NCBI RefSeq assembly: GCF_009914755.1
Contig: NC_060946.1
Length of the DNA stretch: 64,000 nt
Strand: one strand, 5' to 3'
DNA from: the human T2T-CHM13v2.0 reference genome, Homo sapiens
The first letter of the stretch is position 1; every line of letters starts with the position of its first letter. A program made the translations under genes and the position numbers. Below the pieces are notes generated by a model that ran no database searches, had not been told where the DNA came from, and saw only the letters and a program-made list of their open reading frames with translations. This document shows, one piece after another, positions 39,276-54,550 of this stretch.

Positions 39276-40632
39276 CTTTAAGATGACCAAAATTATACAG
39301 TTATGTTTTCTGACTAAAATAAAATGATACTAGACATCAAAATCAAGAGATAAACTGGCAAATTCAAAAATATATGGAAATAAAACACACTCTTTAATAT
39401 ATTCTTGCTCAAGGTCCAGATAATTTAATCAAAATGTGAAAACAACTCACAGTGGTGAAGAAATTCCAATGGTACATTGTTGACCAGAAATATTGTTTAA
39501 AAATTTTTAAATTGATTATGAGCTAAAACTAGCCAAACACCCATGAAAAAGAACAAAGAGGCATTATATTTCCTGATTTTGAAGTATATTAAAAAGCAAC
39601 AATAAACAAAAGCAATGTGGTACTAACAGAGACAAATAAACAGATGATGGAACAAAATATCCCAGAAATGAACCCTTCTTTATATAATCAAATAATCTTC
39701 CACAAAGTTGCCATGACTACACAACAGAGAAAAGACAATCTCTTCAACAAATGATGTTGAAAACTGAGTATCTACACTGAAAAAAATAAAGTTGGATTAT
39801 TTTCTTGCACATTTTAAATAAAATAATGAAACTAAAAAACATATAATTAATACAACTCTTAGAAGAAAAAAATAGGAAAAATACAGAACACTGGTTTTGA
39901 AACTTTTTTGTAGATATGACATCATACTTATGAAAAACATAAAAACCCCCAAAATTTAACTATGCTAAACTTAAATATTTTAAGATTTTCTCTGCACAGC
40001 AAAGAAAAAATTTAGTAGAATGACAATGCCATCAAAGGAATGGGTGAAAATATTCGCAAATTTCATGTGATGAGTTAATATTCAGAATGATAAACAACTA
40101 AAACTGAACAACAAACATTGAATAAATTGATCCAGAAATGGACAAAGAATTGAACTGATACTTAATCAAATATATATATAAGTAGAAAAAAGCACTTAAA
40201 ATAATGCAAAAAAAGTACCAATTGTAGAGAAATACAAAACAAAATTACAATCCAAAACAAAACCACCTCATACCCATTAGAATGGCCATGATAAATTTTT
40301 AAAATGTCAAATCTGTTGAGGATGTAAAGAAATTAAAACTCATGTGAATTGTTGGTGGGGAAAAAAGGATGCAACCATCATATTATGAATGTTTCTTAAA
40401 AATTAAATTACATAATTCAGGAATTCCACTTATACACCTATATTCAAATATAAATCATATTATTTGACTGGAATATAAAATATATTTTTATATATTAATA
40501 CATTTATAAATGGAATCCAAGAATTCCACTTACAAATCTATATTCAAACATAAATATAAATGTATATTCCAAATATAAATCTATATTCAAACAAAGAATG
40601 TGGAAGTTATATTTGAATATATATTTGGAAGT

Positions 40633-40746
40633 TATATATTTAACCAGTTAATATATATTTAACCAGTTAATATATATTTAACCAGTTAATATATATTTAA
40701 CCAGTTAATATATATTTAACCAGTTAATATATATTTAACCGGTTAA
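40633..40746. repeat. 19-bp minisatellite (tatatatttaaccagttaa) x6
   Basis: Five identical units plus one unit with ccgg. Confidence 0.95.
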
Positions 40747-41246
40747 ATATATAACCTGGAAGTTATATACTTAATATATATAACATTTACATATTAAATA
40801 TATAAATATTGGTATAATATATTTATTATACCAATATATTATATATAAATATATTATACCAATATTTACAAAACCCAAAAGGTAGAAGTAACCCAGATAT
40901 CCCTTAACGGATAAACAAATTAAAAATGTAACATATACATACAGTGGAATATTATTGAGCCTTAAAATAGTAAACCTTGTCACATTCTTACATAAACGTT
41001 GAGAATATTATGTCAACTGAAATAAGATAGTAATAAAGTGACAGATACTATATGATTCCATGATATGAGTCATCGTAAGTAGTCAAATAGAAACAGAACG
41101 GAGAATGGTGTTACTCAGGGTCTAAAGAGAGGGTAAAATGGGCAGTTGTTACTTAATGGGTATTAAGTTTTAATTTTAGAAGACGTAAAAGTTCTACAGG
41201 TCTTTACATAACAATGTAAATACTCTTAACGACTAAAATGTACACC

Positions 41247-41535
41247 TTTTTTGAGGTAGGTTCTCACTCTGTCCTGCAGGCTGAAATGAAGTCACATAAT
41301 CTTAGCTCACTGCAGCCTCAACCCTGCATGCACAAGTGAGTCTCCTGCCACGGCCTCACAAGGAGCTAGGACCACAAGTGGACAACACAACACCTGGTTA
41401 ATTTTAAAATTTTTGTGGGGATGGGCTCTCTATATGCTGCCCAGGCAGGTCTTAAGTTCCTGGGCTTAAGCAATGCTTCTGCCTCAGTTTCCCAAAGTGC
41501 TGGCATTATAGGCATGAGGCTCCACCACACTCAGC
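41247..41535 (-). mobile_element. AluJ (highly diverged)
   Basis: gaggtaggttctcactctgtc...cccaaagtgctggcattataggcatgag. Confidence 0.75.
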
Positions 41536-41808
41536 ACTGAAATATAGACTTAAAAAGCTTTAAAATGGTAAATTTTATATTATGCGTTTTCTCGATTTTT
41601 TTTGAAAACAACTAAAAGTGATATACGTCTTTCTATAAATCACAAAATATATAAATATATAAATATAAATCACCTTCAAATCACAAAAGTGTTTCTTTCA
41701 CACAAAGGAAATATATATATTTATCACTAAACACCTGGTGAATATACAACCATTTCTATGACTACTCACCTTCACATAGTAAGACAGCTATTGAAAATCA
41801 ACCAAGAA

Positions 41809-42060
41809 GGCTGTTCGTGGTGGCTCACTCCTGTAATCCCAGAACGTTGGGAAGCCGAGGCAGGTGGATCACTTGAGGTCAGGAGGTAGAGATCAGCCTG
41901 GCCAATATGGTGAAACCCCGTCTCTACTAAAAATACAAAAAAATTAGCCGGGCATGGTGGCAGGCACCTATAATCCCAGCTACTCGGGAGGCCGAAGCAG
42001 GAGAATTGCTTGAACCTGGGAGGTTGCAGTGAGCAAAGATTGTGCCTCTGCACTCCAGCT
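41809..42060 (+). mobile_element. AluS lacking 3' end and tail
   Basis: Alu sequence ends at gcactccagc. Confidence 0.85.
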
Positions 42061-45000
42061 GTGCCTCTACTGTGGCCTGCAGACCTTGGTCTCTACTGCG
42101 GCCCCTGAAGGAGTTCAGTGACTCAGTCTCAGCTGTCTTTGCCACAGTTCACAGCAATTCCTGCCAACACAGGAACCCACACAGTGATGTGGAAAAAAAA
42201 CTTCCAAATACTCAGTGGTAGCCACACTTACCACATCCCGATATAAGGTCCACCGTATACACACCCAACTGCAGAAATCTGTCCTAGTTTCTGCCCTATA
42301 AATAAAACTCCTGAAGGAAATCCAGCCCACCCAGACATTAGATGGGAGTCACAACAACCAAAGCCCCTGGTAAAAAGCCACTTGAAGGTGGAATCCACTG
42401 CATACCCAGCAGCCTTGTGACACAGTTACACACTCTTCCCTACTACAAGTTCATAGGGCATCCCATTACCCTGGGGACCCAACAAAAGAAGATCTGTACC
42501 TCCTGAAACTAGTTTATAAAAAGTTAAAGAGCTGTTTTCTTCTTCAAATTTATAGACACCAGGGTAAGGCTACATAGTTCCATTTTCAATGTTTCTATTT
42601 TAACATAGCAGTGAAGTACTTTGCAGAAGAATTAGTCAAGAAAATGCCCCTAAAAATGACATTCAAATTGAGGGAAAAAAATTAAAATGTTGCTGTTTGT
42701 AGGTGACATGATCTTGTATATAGAAAACCATAAACAGTACATCAAAAACTAACAAATGCCCTCAGAAAATTAGAAATCTATAACATTAATATATAATTAC
42801 CAGATATGATTCCATATGCTAACAACAAACCATCTGATAAAAAAGGAAGAAAACAATCTCATTTCCAATAGAATTAAAATAATAAATTTCTGAAAAATAA
42901 ATTTAACAAAGAAGGCAAAAGATCTTTACACTGAAACATATATTGATGAAAGAAATGGAAGAAGTCACAAATAAATGCAAAAATATATCATGCTTATGAA
43001 CTGGAAGAATAAATATTATAAAGTGCCATATGATTCAAAGTGATCTACATTTCAATGAACTCTCTATTAAAAATCCAGTGACATTTTTCACGGTTATGGA
43101 AATTACAATTCTAAAATTTACATGAAACTACAATAGGCTTTGAAAAACCAAAGCAATCTAGAGGAAAAGGGACAAAGCAACCAAATTTCATACTTTATGA
43201 TTTCAAACTATATTTTAAGATTGTAGTAAAAAAACAAGATGATACATGCAAAATATGGACACAAGAAACATATGGAACAGACTAGAGCCCAGAAATAAAC
43301 CCAGGCTTATAAAGTTTACTAATTTTTGACAAGTGCACCAAAAATACACAATGAACAAAGTATAGTCTTTTTAATATTTGTTCTGAAAAAAGAACCAGGC
43401 AAAATAATAAAATTAGCTTATTTTTCTTACACCATGCTAAAAGTTAAATTACAGACTTAAATATGAATCCTTAAAAAACCTGAAAAAAAATACATGGAAA
43501 ACCCTCATGATATGGTCTTAACAATAATTTGTTAGACATAATACCAAAAGTACAGCAACAAAAGCAAATATAAACAAGCTGGACTGCATCAAACTAAAAA
43601 CCTTCTGCACAGAAAAGGGAACAATAAAATAAAAAAAATTGTAGAATGGGAAAAATTATTTGCAAACCATACATCTGATAAAAGATTTATATACAAAATA
43701 TATAAGAAATGCAAGCAGATTAAAAGCAAAAACAACAGTAACCCAGTTCAAAATAGGCAAAAAACTAAACTGATATTTGTCCAATGAAGACATACAAATG
43801 GCCAACAGATAAGCCATAAAGTACTCAATATCACCAAATATCAGGCAACTGCAAATCAAAACCAAGATGAGTATCATTTAAAACATGTTAGAATGGATAA
43901 TGTAAAAAGAAGAAACATAACAAGTGTTGACAGCACTTTGAAGAAAAAAAATTCTGTACATTTTTGGAGAGTTATAAATTGATGGAGTCATTATAAAAAC
44001 CAATAGAGGTTATTTGAAATACAGAACTACTACACAATCTAGCAATCCCACTTCTGTGTATATAACAAAAGGAAATGAAATAAGTAACTTGAAGACATAT
44101 CTGTACCACCATATTTGTTGCAGCATTATTCACAATTGCCAAGATATAAAAAACCTAAATGTTTGTGGATGCTGAATAAAGAAAAGCTGGCATAAATAAA
44201 CAATAGAATATTATTTAGCCTGAAAAATAACAAAATCTTGCCATTTCAACAACGTGGGTAGAACTGGAATACATTATGCCAAGGGAAATAAGCCAGACAC
44301 AGCAAGAGAAATACTACACCTTCTCACTTATATGGGGAATCTAAGAAAGCTGAACTCACAGAAGCAGAGACTGCAATGGAAGTTGTCTGGGACTAGATAT
44401 GGGAGAAAATGAAAAGATATTGAAAAGACACAAATTTTCTGTTATGAGTAAGTTTTTTGAATGTAACATATAGCTTCATGATGCAGTTAACACTAATTTT
44501 TTGTATGCTTAAAATTTGGTGTCAGCAGATCTTAGATGTTTTCATTACAATAAAGGTACCTATGTGAGGAAAGGTGATAGAAATGTTCATAAACAAGTTG
44601 TGCTAATCATTTACAATCTACACATGCAGTAAGTCATTACATTGTACACCATAAATATATAATTATAAAATTTTTATTTGTAAAAAAATCCACAATACAC
44701 ATCTACATATATATACACACATATAAATTACAGTTCTGGTAAACTTTATCCTAAACAAGATAAAATTATAAAATAGTAATTTAAAAAACAAGGGAAGAAG
44801 TGGGAGCTTAACATATGCTCAGTAATGTTCTAAGTTCCCTGACATAGTGAATTGAAGAAATGTAGGAAATATATATGTTATATTACAGTTGAGAAATTAA
44901 GACAGAATTGAAATTACCAACCTCAGTTAGTACTAAAAGAATAAAAATTTCAATTCAAATAACATTAGATATTCTTAAAGAGATCCTTAATATTCTGATT

Positions 45001-45506
45001 AAATTACCGAGTATGAATTTCTGTAGAAACTCATTTGAAACCTCCATAAAATAAGAAACTATAAAGCAGAAAACATACAACATATGTTTGCTGTATTTCT
45101 GGGATTTCTGAACCAAATCTCAATATCACTACTTTTACATATTTCAGACACAATGCAGAAAGAGAACTTAAAAATTGTTAAACACAGGGTTTCTAAAAAG
45201 TATACAGCTATTTGTATATCCCCAAAAGCAATAAAAGTAGTCAGATTGTGCACTCCTTTATAAGCCATAAAGAGAATTTTGGCTCTCACTGCAAATCTGA
45301 AGAAAAATTATGGAAGAAAATGTAGAGTCATTAGAGAGCATGGGACAGAGGATGCCCCAATGTGAGAACAAGTGAAAAAACCCAGGCTTTTCAGAAACGA
45401 TTTCCACTGGAGCACAGCTTCCCACATCACATGTAAAAGTCCGGGTTCCTCTCGGCCTTTGGATGTCTCATCTATGTCATCCTCTTCTTCATTCGCTTTC
45501 ACCTAC

Positions 45507-45581
45507 CTGGGTGCTTCATACTCCATGGCTTTTTCCTTTGCTCCAGACAGTTGACCAGGTCTGGCTTAGAGAAGACAATAC
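45507..45581 (-). pseudogene. KRAB-B exon (75 nt)
   Basis: aaaacag|GTATTGTCTTCTCTAAGCCAGACCTG...CACCCAG|gtaggt, giving IVFSKPDLVNCLEQRKKPWSMKHP. Confidence 0.92.
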
Positions 45582-46004
45582 CTGTTTTATTTTAAAAAGC
45601 AGCATGAGCATGAATTTTCCTGGGATTCTCCATTTACCAACCTAATACTGTGCTAAGCAGAGAAAAGAGGACATAATAGAGGATTCTAGAAAATTAATTC
45701 CAAAATACTTTTTACTGACAGAACCTTTAGCATATTCAGAAAGTACATTAAATATCTGGGTCCTCTGTTTCACTCCTCAGTATTACTGAATCAAAAACTG
45801 GTGGTGGCAATTGAATTTTAAGTTGTGGACAACATTATTTTATGCCACTAAATTTCTGAAATTACCACTTATCTAGAGTGAATATTATAGATAAGCTCAG
45901 GAAAGGGGAAAATTCAGGTCAAAATGAAACAACTTGAAGAATTTATTTTCCACACCAAAAAATCCTCAAGATTGTCTTGAAAACAGGGATCTGAAATTCA
46001 CTCA

Positions 46005-46244
<240 letters not shown>

Positions 46245-47415
46245 TCAAGTGGCCATGGACAGAATTCTTAAATTGACTCAAGATAAAATGAGTGAAGAGA
46301 ACTGATTCTGACTTATACGACTGAAAATGTCCTATAAAATAACTCACAACAAAAAATATTCTGTTGTATTCTCTATCTCTGAGAAAAGAGAGCATAAGAT
46401 TCACAATACCAGTATAGTGTATTGATGATATTTTTTGAATGATAAAGTACAAAATTAACAACAGGAACATAGACATGTACATTTTTGAGTGCTTGATTTA
46501 ATCATACAGTATAAGTTCTGTATATTTCTCAGATAAAAAATTCAGGCTTAGTTATAAAGTACCTCTCAAATTTTAATGTGTACAACAATAAACTGGAGAT
46601 CTTTTTATGCAGATTTTGTTTCAAGAAACCTGAGGTAAAACCTGAGTTTCTGAATTTCTAACAAGCTCCCAAGTGACACCAATCTTTCTGGTCCAAGATA
46701 AATATTTTGTCAAACATTCATTATGTGGCAGAGCCTGGGTTTTTATGACCAGTAAACAAAGATGAGAGACTTCACTTTTTAAAGAAAGACATATGCAAAG
46801 AGAATCTAAGAAGAAAAGAGAACTTCCAGATTACATGTGATACTTTATGCACATCAGCTGGTAAATGTCCCCAAGGTACTCAATAATAAAGAGAAAAATA
46901 ACTCTAGAGTGGAAAAAAATTCTCAGAGAACTATTTAACTAAGCAAATCAAATTAACACCAATTATAACAGAACAAATTTTTCATCATGCGCTGATGCTC
47001 ACAGAAGGACACAATATCACTGCTGTGATACTGGCCCCTGCGAAAGAAGCAAATTGTAATTCAAATCTAATCATAAAGAAACAAGTTTTATGCAAAATGC
47101 AAACTACAGTAATCACTCACATTGTGTAATCTCTAACAGAGTATTTACGCAGACTTTCTTTAGCATTCTAGAAAGCGAGTATCTCCTAATTATTTTTTTC
47201 AAAACTTTCTGAATTATTCTGGGTAATAAATGCCATCCCATTCAAATGTGCATATTTTAATCCTGTTCCGCATGGAGTTGATGGAGCACACAGACAGAGC
47301 TTCAACATTACATATTCCCCTTTTGCATGAATATCTAAGAACCCCACCTCTTCCCCAGTAGGAATCTTGGGTATCCATACCTTTCCATGTGCACCAGCAC
47401 CAGCAATGAAGGGTA

Positions 47416-47767
<352 letters not shown>

Positions 47768-49137
47768 TAATGGTGAGAATTCTGCATGACAGAGAAGAAG
47801 CCAAGATAAAGAGAATGTCAAGAAGGCTCTAGTATGTAGAAAAAAAGTTTTTTTCAGAGTTCCTTGACTATCATGAGAAGAAAAAATGTTTAAACAAACT
47901 TATAGGGAGAAACAGCATAAAATCAAGAAGTACAGGTTTGTAAGTTCTAAACATATGGCATTCCAGGAGGCAGAGTGAACACTGCTCCCTATCTGAAGAC
48001 ACAGTCACCTGTGTCTTCACAGAAAAAAAGCCATTTTTCTCTTCATCATCCTTCTCTAGAATTTCTTCTCAGGTGATATTCTCTGGACAAGTCACACCTG
48101 CATCTTGGGAATATGCCTTTAAAGGAATCAGCACAATCCCTTCACCTGCTACCACCACAAACACAGGTAGAAAGATCCAGGCATGCAGAAAATGTCCACC
48201 CATTTATGTTGTTTATAACAGGTGAGGTTCAAGGACAGTGAGCTCCTCCATGAAGATCAAAATTTATCTTTCTCTTTTCCTGCCACAGATGCCACAATTT
48301 CTGCTACAGCAATGGGAATATGGGCCACACAAACTTGTCCCTACCAAATCCAACCATAGCAGGCTCTGTGATCTCCCTTTGGAGTAAAGTTTGAACTCAA
48401 CTCTCATGAATGTATTTTGAATTCCTCATGTTTGACCCTGGCCTCAACCTGGAGGCACTTAATTATATCAACAAGGATGCTTCCACACAGAACAATATAC
48501 AGAGCCTGCGGGAAGGGCACAAGTGAAAAGATTTCTGCAACCTGGCCATGGAATCTTAATTAGAAGCCTGGGCCAAGAATCACTTAGCTAAGCATTGCCT
48601 CTCAAGCTTCAATGTGCATATAAATCATTTGGTAACCCTGGCCCCACACTATGTAATGTGATTCTGCAGGTTTTAAAAGGGTCCATGAAAGTACATTTTA
48701 AATACATCTGTCAATGTTGATGTAGCTTCCCCAGACCCATCATTAGTAGCATTTAGCTAGAAAAATCAGGCATGGAACAGACTCTTACACTCATCACTCA
48801 TCACAACACAAATACTTCTGATCAAATAAACAATCAATCTCTATCCTGAAAGACCACATTCTTTGCTAGCTTTTTAAAGTTTACAGAGACAGGAGAAGGC
48901 AGCAATGTCTGAGTAAGTCTGCACTGAAAAACAACATGTACACATATACTCATGCAATGCTTATTAAGTAGGTAATATGTGCTCAGGAGTGTGTTACAGA
49001 GCACTGTGCTGGGAACATCACATTATGTGATTTAATCTTCGTAACAACTTGAGAGTTGGGTACTAAGTGTTCAATAATTCTCAGAATTTAGATAAAGGGG
49101 CCAGCATTGTTTTCTTCTCCTGTTTATCTCTTGTTGA

Positions 49138-49438
49138 TTTTTTTTGGGGGGGGCACAGAGTGTCACCCTTGTTGCCCAGGCTGGAAGTGCAATGGTACGA
49201 TCGATCTTTGCTCACTTCAACCTCCACCTCCTGGATTCAAGCAATTCTTCTGCCTCAGCCTCCCGAGTAGTTGGGATTACAGGCATGCACCATGACACTG
49301 AGCTAAGTCTGTATTTTTAGTAGAGACAGGGTTTCTCCATGTTGGTCAGGCTGGTCTTGAACTCCCAACCTCAAGTGATCCGCACACCTCGGCCTCCCAA
49401 AGTGCTAGGATTACAGGCATGAGCCACAGAGCCCGGCC
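49138..49438 (-). mobile_element. AluSp-like
   Basis: gtttctccatgttggtcaggctgg...actcccaacctca. Confidence 0.88.
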
Positions 49439-51130
49439 TCTCACTGATTTTTTTTTTAAATGAATAGCATGAGAGATAAATATAGACAGATGGGAGGGAT
49501 ACAGAAAGGAAAGGGTTAAGTGTAGTTCAGAGGGATTTTTTATTGTGTTTCTATTTACTTTCTTGTGACTTGTGGAGTAACTACTGGGATGGAATGTCTC
49601 TACAAGTACTGGTTTTAATTAAAAAGAGATAAGACCTCAAAATATATAGGTTATTGCTGTAATTCATCTTCTTTTGGGTTTCAGAATATTGTGAGCATAA
49701 GCTCTAGAGAGGCAGCAGGAGCTACCTCCCAAATCTCTGGTCTCCTCTAATGAGTTCTGTGAGGAGAGACTCCAGGGTGGGACCAGATCTGAATGAGGCT
49801 CAGAAAAGGGTGAATCTGGACAGAGCTGGGGTGGAGAAGTGGTCCTATGTTGAATTATGATCTCTATGGTGCTGGAGTACTTCTTGTTCTGTCTTTCCTA
49901 AGCCTGTCCAAGAGAAACTTAAGAGTTTGTAAAATTTTAATCCATTTAGCCACTACTCTATTTTATAACATATAATAACAAACAATTTAAGCAAAATTTT
50001 TAGGGCTTTCTAGGATAATTTTATTAGAAAATATGTATTCTTAGCAAGGTAAAAGCAATAGAAATACAAATAACTCTCCTGTTTGATAATAGCTCTTCAG
50101 GTGGTGACATCAGAAGTCACAACAACATAAGAGCCATCACCCAAGTCCCCTTAATACCCCCACTTTATTGTACTGACTATATGATGCTTAATTAGACCAT
50201 TTATCCAGTTGCTCTAGACTGAAAGTTTTTGAATGACAAGGACCATGACTGCTTCATCTATTTTTCTAAAGGCCATATGAAATGGAGGCAATTTGTTTAT
50301 CAGTCTGAGTCTCCAGAACTCCTGAATTTTTTGCCAAGAAAACTGGAGAAACTCTCATCCGGGTACCAACCAAGGAGATTCTTTCTACAAAAGAAGGAAC
50401 AGACATGAATGACTCACTTCCCTTCCTCTAACATGGAAGCAGAATTAGACACTCCTGCCAGCCTGACCCAAGTCTGTACAGGATATCCTGAAATGTTTTA
50501 AAGATTCCCGGATGATTGTGAGAGGATTCCTAGTGACCATGGACTGATGACCCTATGATGATCCAGGCAGGAAAGACTCAAGCTGACTCTAAATAGAAAA
50601 TGGAACTGCCCTGGTATAGCTCCAGAACCTGGATCTACATGTGATATCACCTGTTCTGATTAGCTAGCTCTTAGGTAAGAGAAAGGACAAGGATACTCTA
50701 CTCCAGTATCACATTTTACAAATAGGTAAACTTATGTCATTGCTCTGGGTATTTTGTGGCTTTGATCTCTCCCTGCTCACATGTATGTTTACACTTACAG
50801 ATTGTGCAACCAGATTCTACTTACACCAGCAGCCTCTCACATAACCATAGCAGGTCACTGGAAAATATCTGGAAAGCTCAAAGGGATACACTCTGAAAGG
50901 AGGGCTTTAAGATTTCTATGCTGACATCTCACAGATCAGAAAATGTCTCCTATGGGTTTTCTGTACATTCTCAATCCAAAATCTGGCTCTCTCCTGTGAA
51001 TCCCAGGGAGAGCTCAGCTCTTATGTGCAGATTACAGGTAAGATCATCCTGACTCTTCATTCTTTGGTGTTACAGCAAGAAGAGTAAAAACAAAAAAACT
51101 TCCATCATAAAGTCTGCTCTAGCACATGAT

Positions 51131-51555
51131 ATGTCAGCCTAAAAAGAAAAGGCTAAGGCAACACTCGTTTAAGTAGAGAGTTTATTTGGGCCAAGCCTCA
51201 GGATTGAAATCTGGGAGCATAGATTCAAGTTGCCTTGAATCTACACTTTAATTAGCAGCAGTTACAAGTGGATTTACAAAGGCAAAAAAGAGGGACAGGG
51301 AGTGGACTGAAACAAAGTTGTTTGTCAGAAATTCTTCTTGGCCATATATTTTAAGCTATAAGGTATTGCTTATAACATCCAGTGTGGCATTATTAGGTTA
51401 ATTTATATCTACTTGTAGCAATAGCAGTTTCAAGAGGTAAAAAAGTAGCTCAAAGGAGGCAGTAGAACATAATTATGTTCTCATTTTTATGTCTCTCCGG
51501 GCCTGATAAAACTAAAAGGACTTGCACTCCGCAGATCAAAGTTATTCTTTTTCCT
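51131..51555 (-). mobile_element. MER4-group ERV1 LTR (MER93-like)
   Basis: gtagagagtttatttgggccaagc...gggagcatagattcaagttgcc; subfamily assigned from memory. Confidence 0.55.
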
Positions 51556-52069
51556 CTAATCTCAAGACCGAGATTCAGAATTTGGTACTGGAGATTTAGG
51601 TCCTGGATGGGTGGAGAAATGGCAGGTGTTAACTACACATTTATGGGAATTTTGGGAGGAGGAGAAAGAGGAACGTTGAGATACTCACGTTTACTCAATG
51701 CGCACATGTCACTCTAATTGTTCTTCTAGGCCTAATAGTCTCCAACTCAGTTTCACATCTGAAGACACTATGGTCACTGAAAGAGGTGAAATGGCTGATT
51801 ACTGTCCTGTGAATTTTGTCAACCACTTGTAGAAAGGCTTCACCTCTCTACAAGTGGTTGTAGAGGACTATAGATGTGAAACAGGCAGAGACACAATTCT
51901 GCCTGCATACTCTGGGGTCAGTGTGCACTTTGAAGCATAACTGACTGGGTTGACTGGAAGAATGAGAGGGAAAGCCTTCTCTAAGGTGAAGCTTGGTGGG
52001 CACCTTATACGTATATACAATGTCTGGTAATTGTGGACAGTGTTTGAGAAATATAATTAAAAGGAAAAT

Positions 52070-52455
52070 TGTCTCCAGTCCTAGAAAAAACCCACAATAA
52101 CAGAACAGAAAGAAAAGTGTTTTATTGCACAATAAAACCAGAATGTGATGTGACGTGAATCACAGACAATCTGCTCAAGAGATTGCAAAGACAGAAAGGT
52201 CTCTATAATTAGTCCTCAAGAAGAAGAATTGACAGCACCATTTGTCATACACAGTTTATCCTAAATTCATCTGGTAATAGGGGAGGCCATTTGTGTATGT
52301 CATTTGGTTATATTGAAAGGAAAAATAAACTTCTGACATCTTCATGATAGGAGGTAGTTTTCCAACTTACAGCCAGGTGCCTGCTGAAAGTAGGCTCTGG
52401 TTCTTTTACAGACACTGTGAGATAGAATACTATTATTTTGGCTATTTACATTTCA
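52070..52455 (-). mobile_element. Probable old ERV1 LTR (MER92-like)
   Basis: Reverse complement begins tgaaatgtaaatagcc; polyA-signal-like ttttattg near the left end. Confidence 0.4.
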
Positions 52456-53376
52456 AAGCAAAGGGTCCCTAATCCCTAGGCCACGGGCTGCAGCAATCCT
52501 GCTCGCCCTGTCCTGGTGGCCTATGTCCCATCTCTTCCCCTACCATCTACCACCGAGGCGCAGCTCACAGCACACAGCTGGCAGCCCACATTCCACATGG
52601 ACTCCAACTGCCACAGCTGCACTCCAGTGTCACATTATGGAGCAGCGTCCCTGAACTGCAGGAGGAGAACCTGCAGGACTCCTGGGTAGGATTGCACTTT
52701 TGCAATAATGGAAATGGGAGCAATGTTTCAGCCTAAGTTTCTATTTATAATGGTGACAAAAAAATACTGCTGGATTCCCAGCATGGGTCTCGATAGAGTG
52801 CCAAAGAGTTCTCATTGTGACAGCCCAACTCACTCAGAAACACCATGAGACACTTTTGGGTGTCCCTTCTGAAGACAGACACTGAAAGCATTGAAGAGAA
52901 AAACAGCTCTCAGTCTGAATAAAATTGTATTACGAGGTTAAAAGCATCTGAAAGAGAAATTCAGACTACATATAATATTAGCCAAGTCGACCAGAAAATA
53001 CTCCCCTGAGAAAGTTTCTCTCTAAATACCCAAAATGCACAGCTGCTCTCAACACAAGAAACACAGTGTTATGAAGAAAGGGCGCATATTCTCAGCAGAA
53101 TTTCTTAAGATTTCTCTTCCATCTCTTCTGCTCTCTCATCTTCTGGCCATTGGATTGAGGATCTACACTGGAACACATCAGGCAACCTTCGCTAGCACTT
53201 TTTGATAAAGAATTGGAATTTGACTCTGTTTACATAGTAGAACTATATCTGAGATTGCAACTTATCTAACTGAAGACTATTATGATTCATGATTTTTGGG
53301 TAGTCACATCACTTGCATTGATTTGTTCTGTAAGAGTGGCATTCCTAATTTAGTAAAACATAAGAATAGACTGTAA

Positions 53377-53673
53377 GGCAGGACGTGGTGGTTCATGCCT
53401 GTAATCCCAGCACTTTGGGAGGCTGAGGCAAGCCGATTACCTGGGTCGGGAGTTGAAGACCAGCCTGGCCAACACGGTGAAACCCCATCTCTACTAAAAT
53501 ACAAAAACTAGCCAGGCGTGGTGGCAGACACCTGTAATCCCAGCTACTTAGGGGTTGAGGCAAGAGAATCGCTTGAATCCAGGAGGCAGAGGTTGCAGTG
53601 AGCTGAGATCACGCCACTGCACTCCAGCCTAGGTGACAGAGTCAGACTCCATCTCAAAAACAAAAACAAAAAA
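53377..53673 (+). mobile_element. AluS
   Basis: Full Alu; TSD atagactgtaa/atagaatgtaa. Confidence 0.9.
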
Positions 53674-53710
53674 GATAGAATGTAAAATTTTGCTAACATA
53701 TTACTAAATC

Positions 53711-54020
<310 letters not shown>

Positions 54021-54361
54021 TGACATATTATTATATCTATGGGATGAATTAATAAGCATGTCAGATTAATATCTACTGTAACAATTAGATAGTAAATTTT
54101 CTTTGGATATTAGATATAAATATCTAAGTATAAGTAATTTCAATATACTAGTAATGACAAATTTTTAAAATTATCTGTAACCTTAACTCAGTTATAATAC
54201 TTTATATTTCAAAAGAATAAATAACGATATTAAAATTACTATTTAAGGGATTTATTCATAGTAAATATTGTGGCCTTATATTCACATAATTGTAGAAAAT
54301 ACTGTTTAATTTACATGGATGAATGTTGTCTACTAAAGACTACATAAAACTATGTTAATTC

Positions 54362-54548
54362 TTTTTCGAATTATTTTATTTTATTTTTTAAATTTATTAT
54401 TATTATACTTTAAGTTTAAGGGTACATGTGCACAATATGCAGCTTTGTTACATATGTATACATGTGCCATGTTGGTGTGCTGCACTCATTAACTCGTCAT
54501 TTAGCATTAGGTATATCTCCTAATGTTATCCCTCCCCCATCCCCACAC
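54362..54548 (-). mobile_element. Short L1PA 3'-end stub
   Basis: ttattattatactttaagtttaagggtacatgtgcacaa...ggtatatctcctaatgttatccctccccc. Confidence 0.9.
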
Positions 54549-54550
54549 AC

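Larger units (their letters stand above)
32160..44690 (+). mobile_element. Fragmented old L1M/L1MA elements filling ZNF intron 3 (with nested Alus and an LTR)
   Basis: L1 ORF1/EN/RT/3'UTR motifs: caagagactcacttta, gtttgtaggtgacatgatcttgtatatagaaaacc, agcaatcccacttctgtgtatata, gaaataagccagacacag. Boundaries are approximate. Confidence 0.65.
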
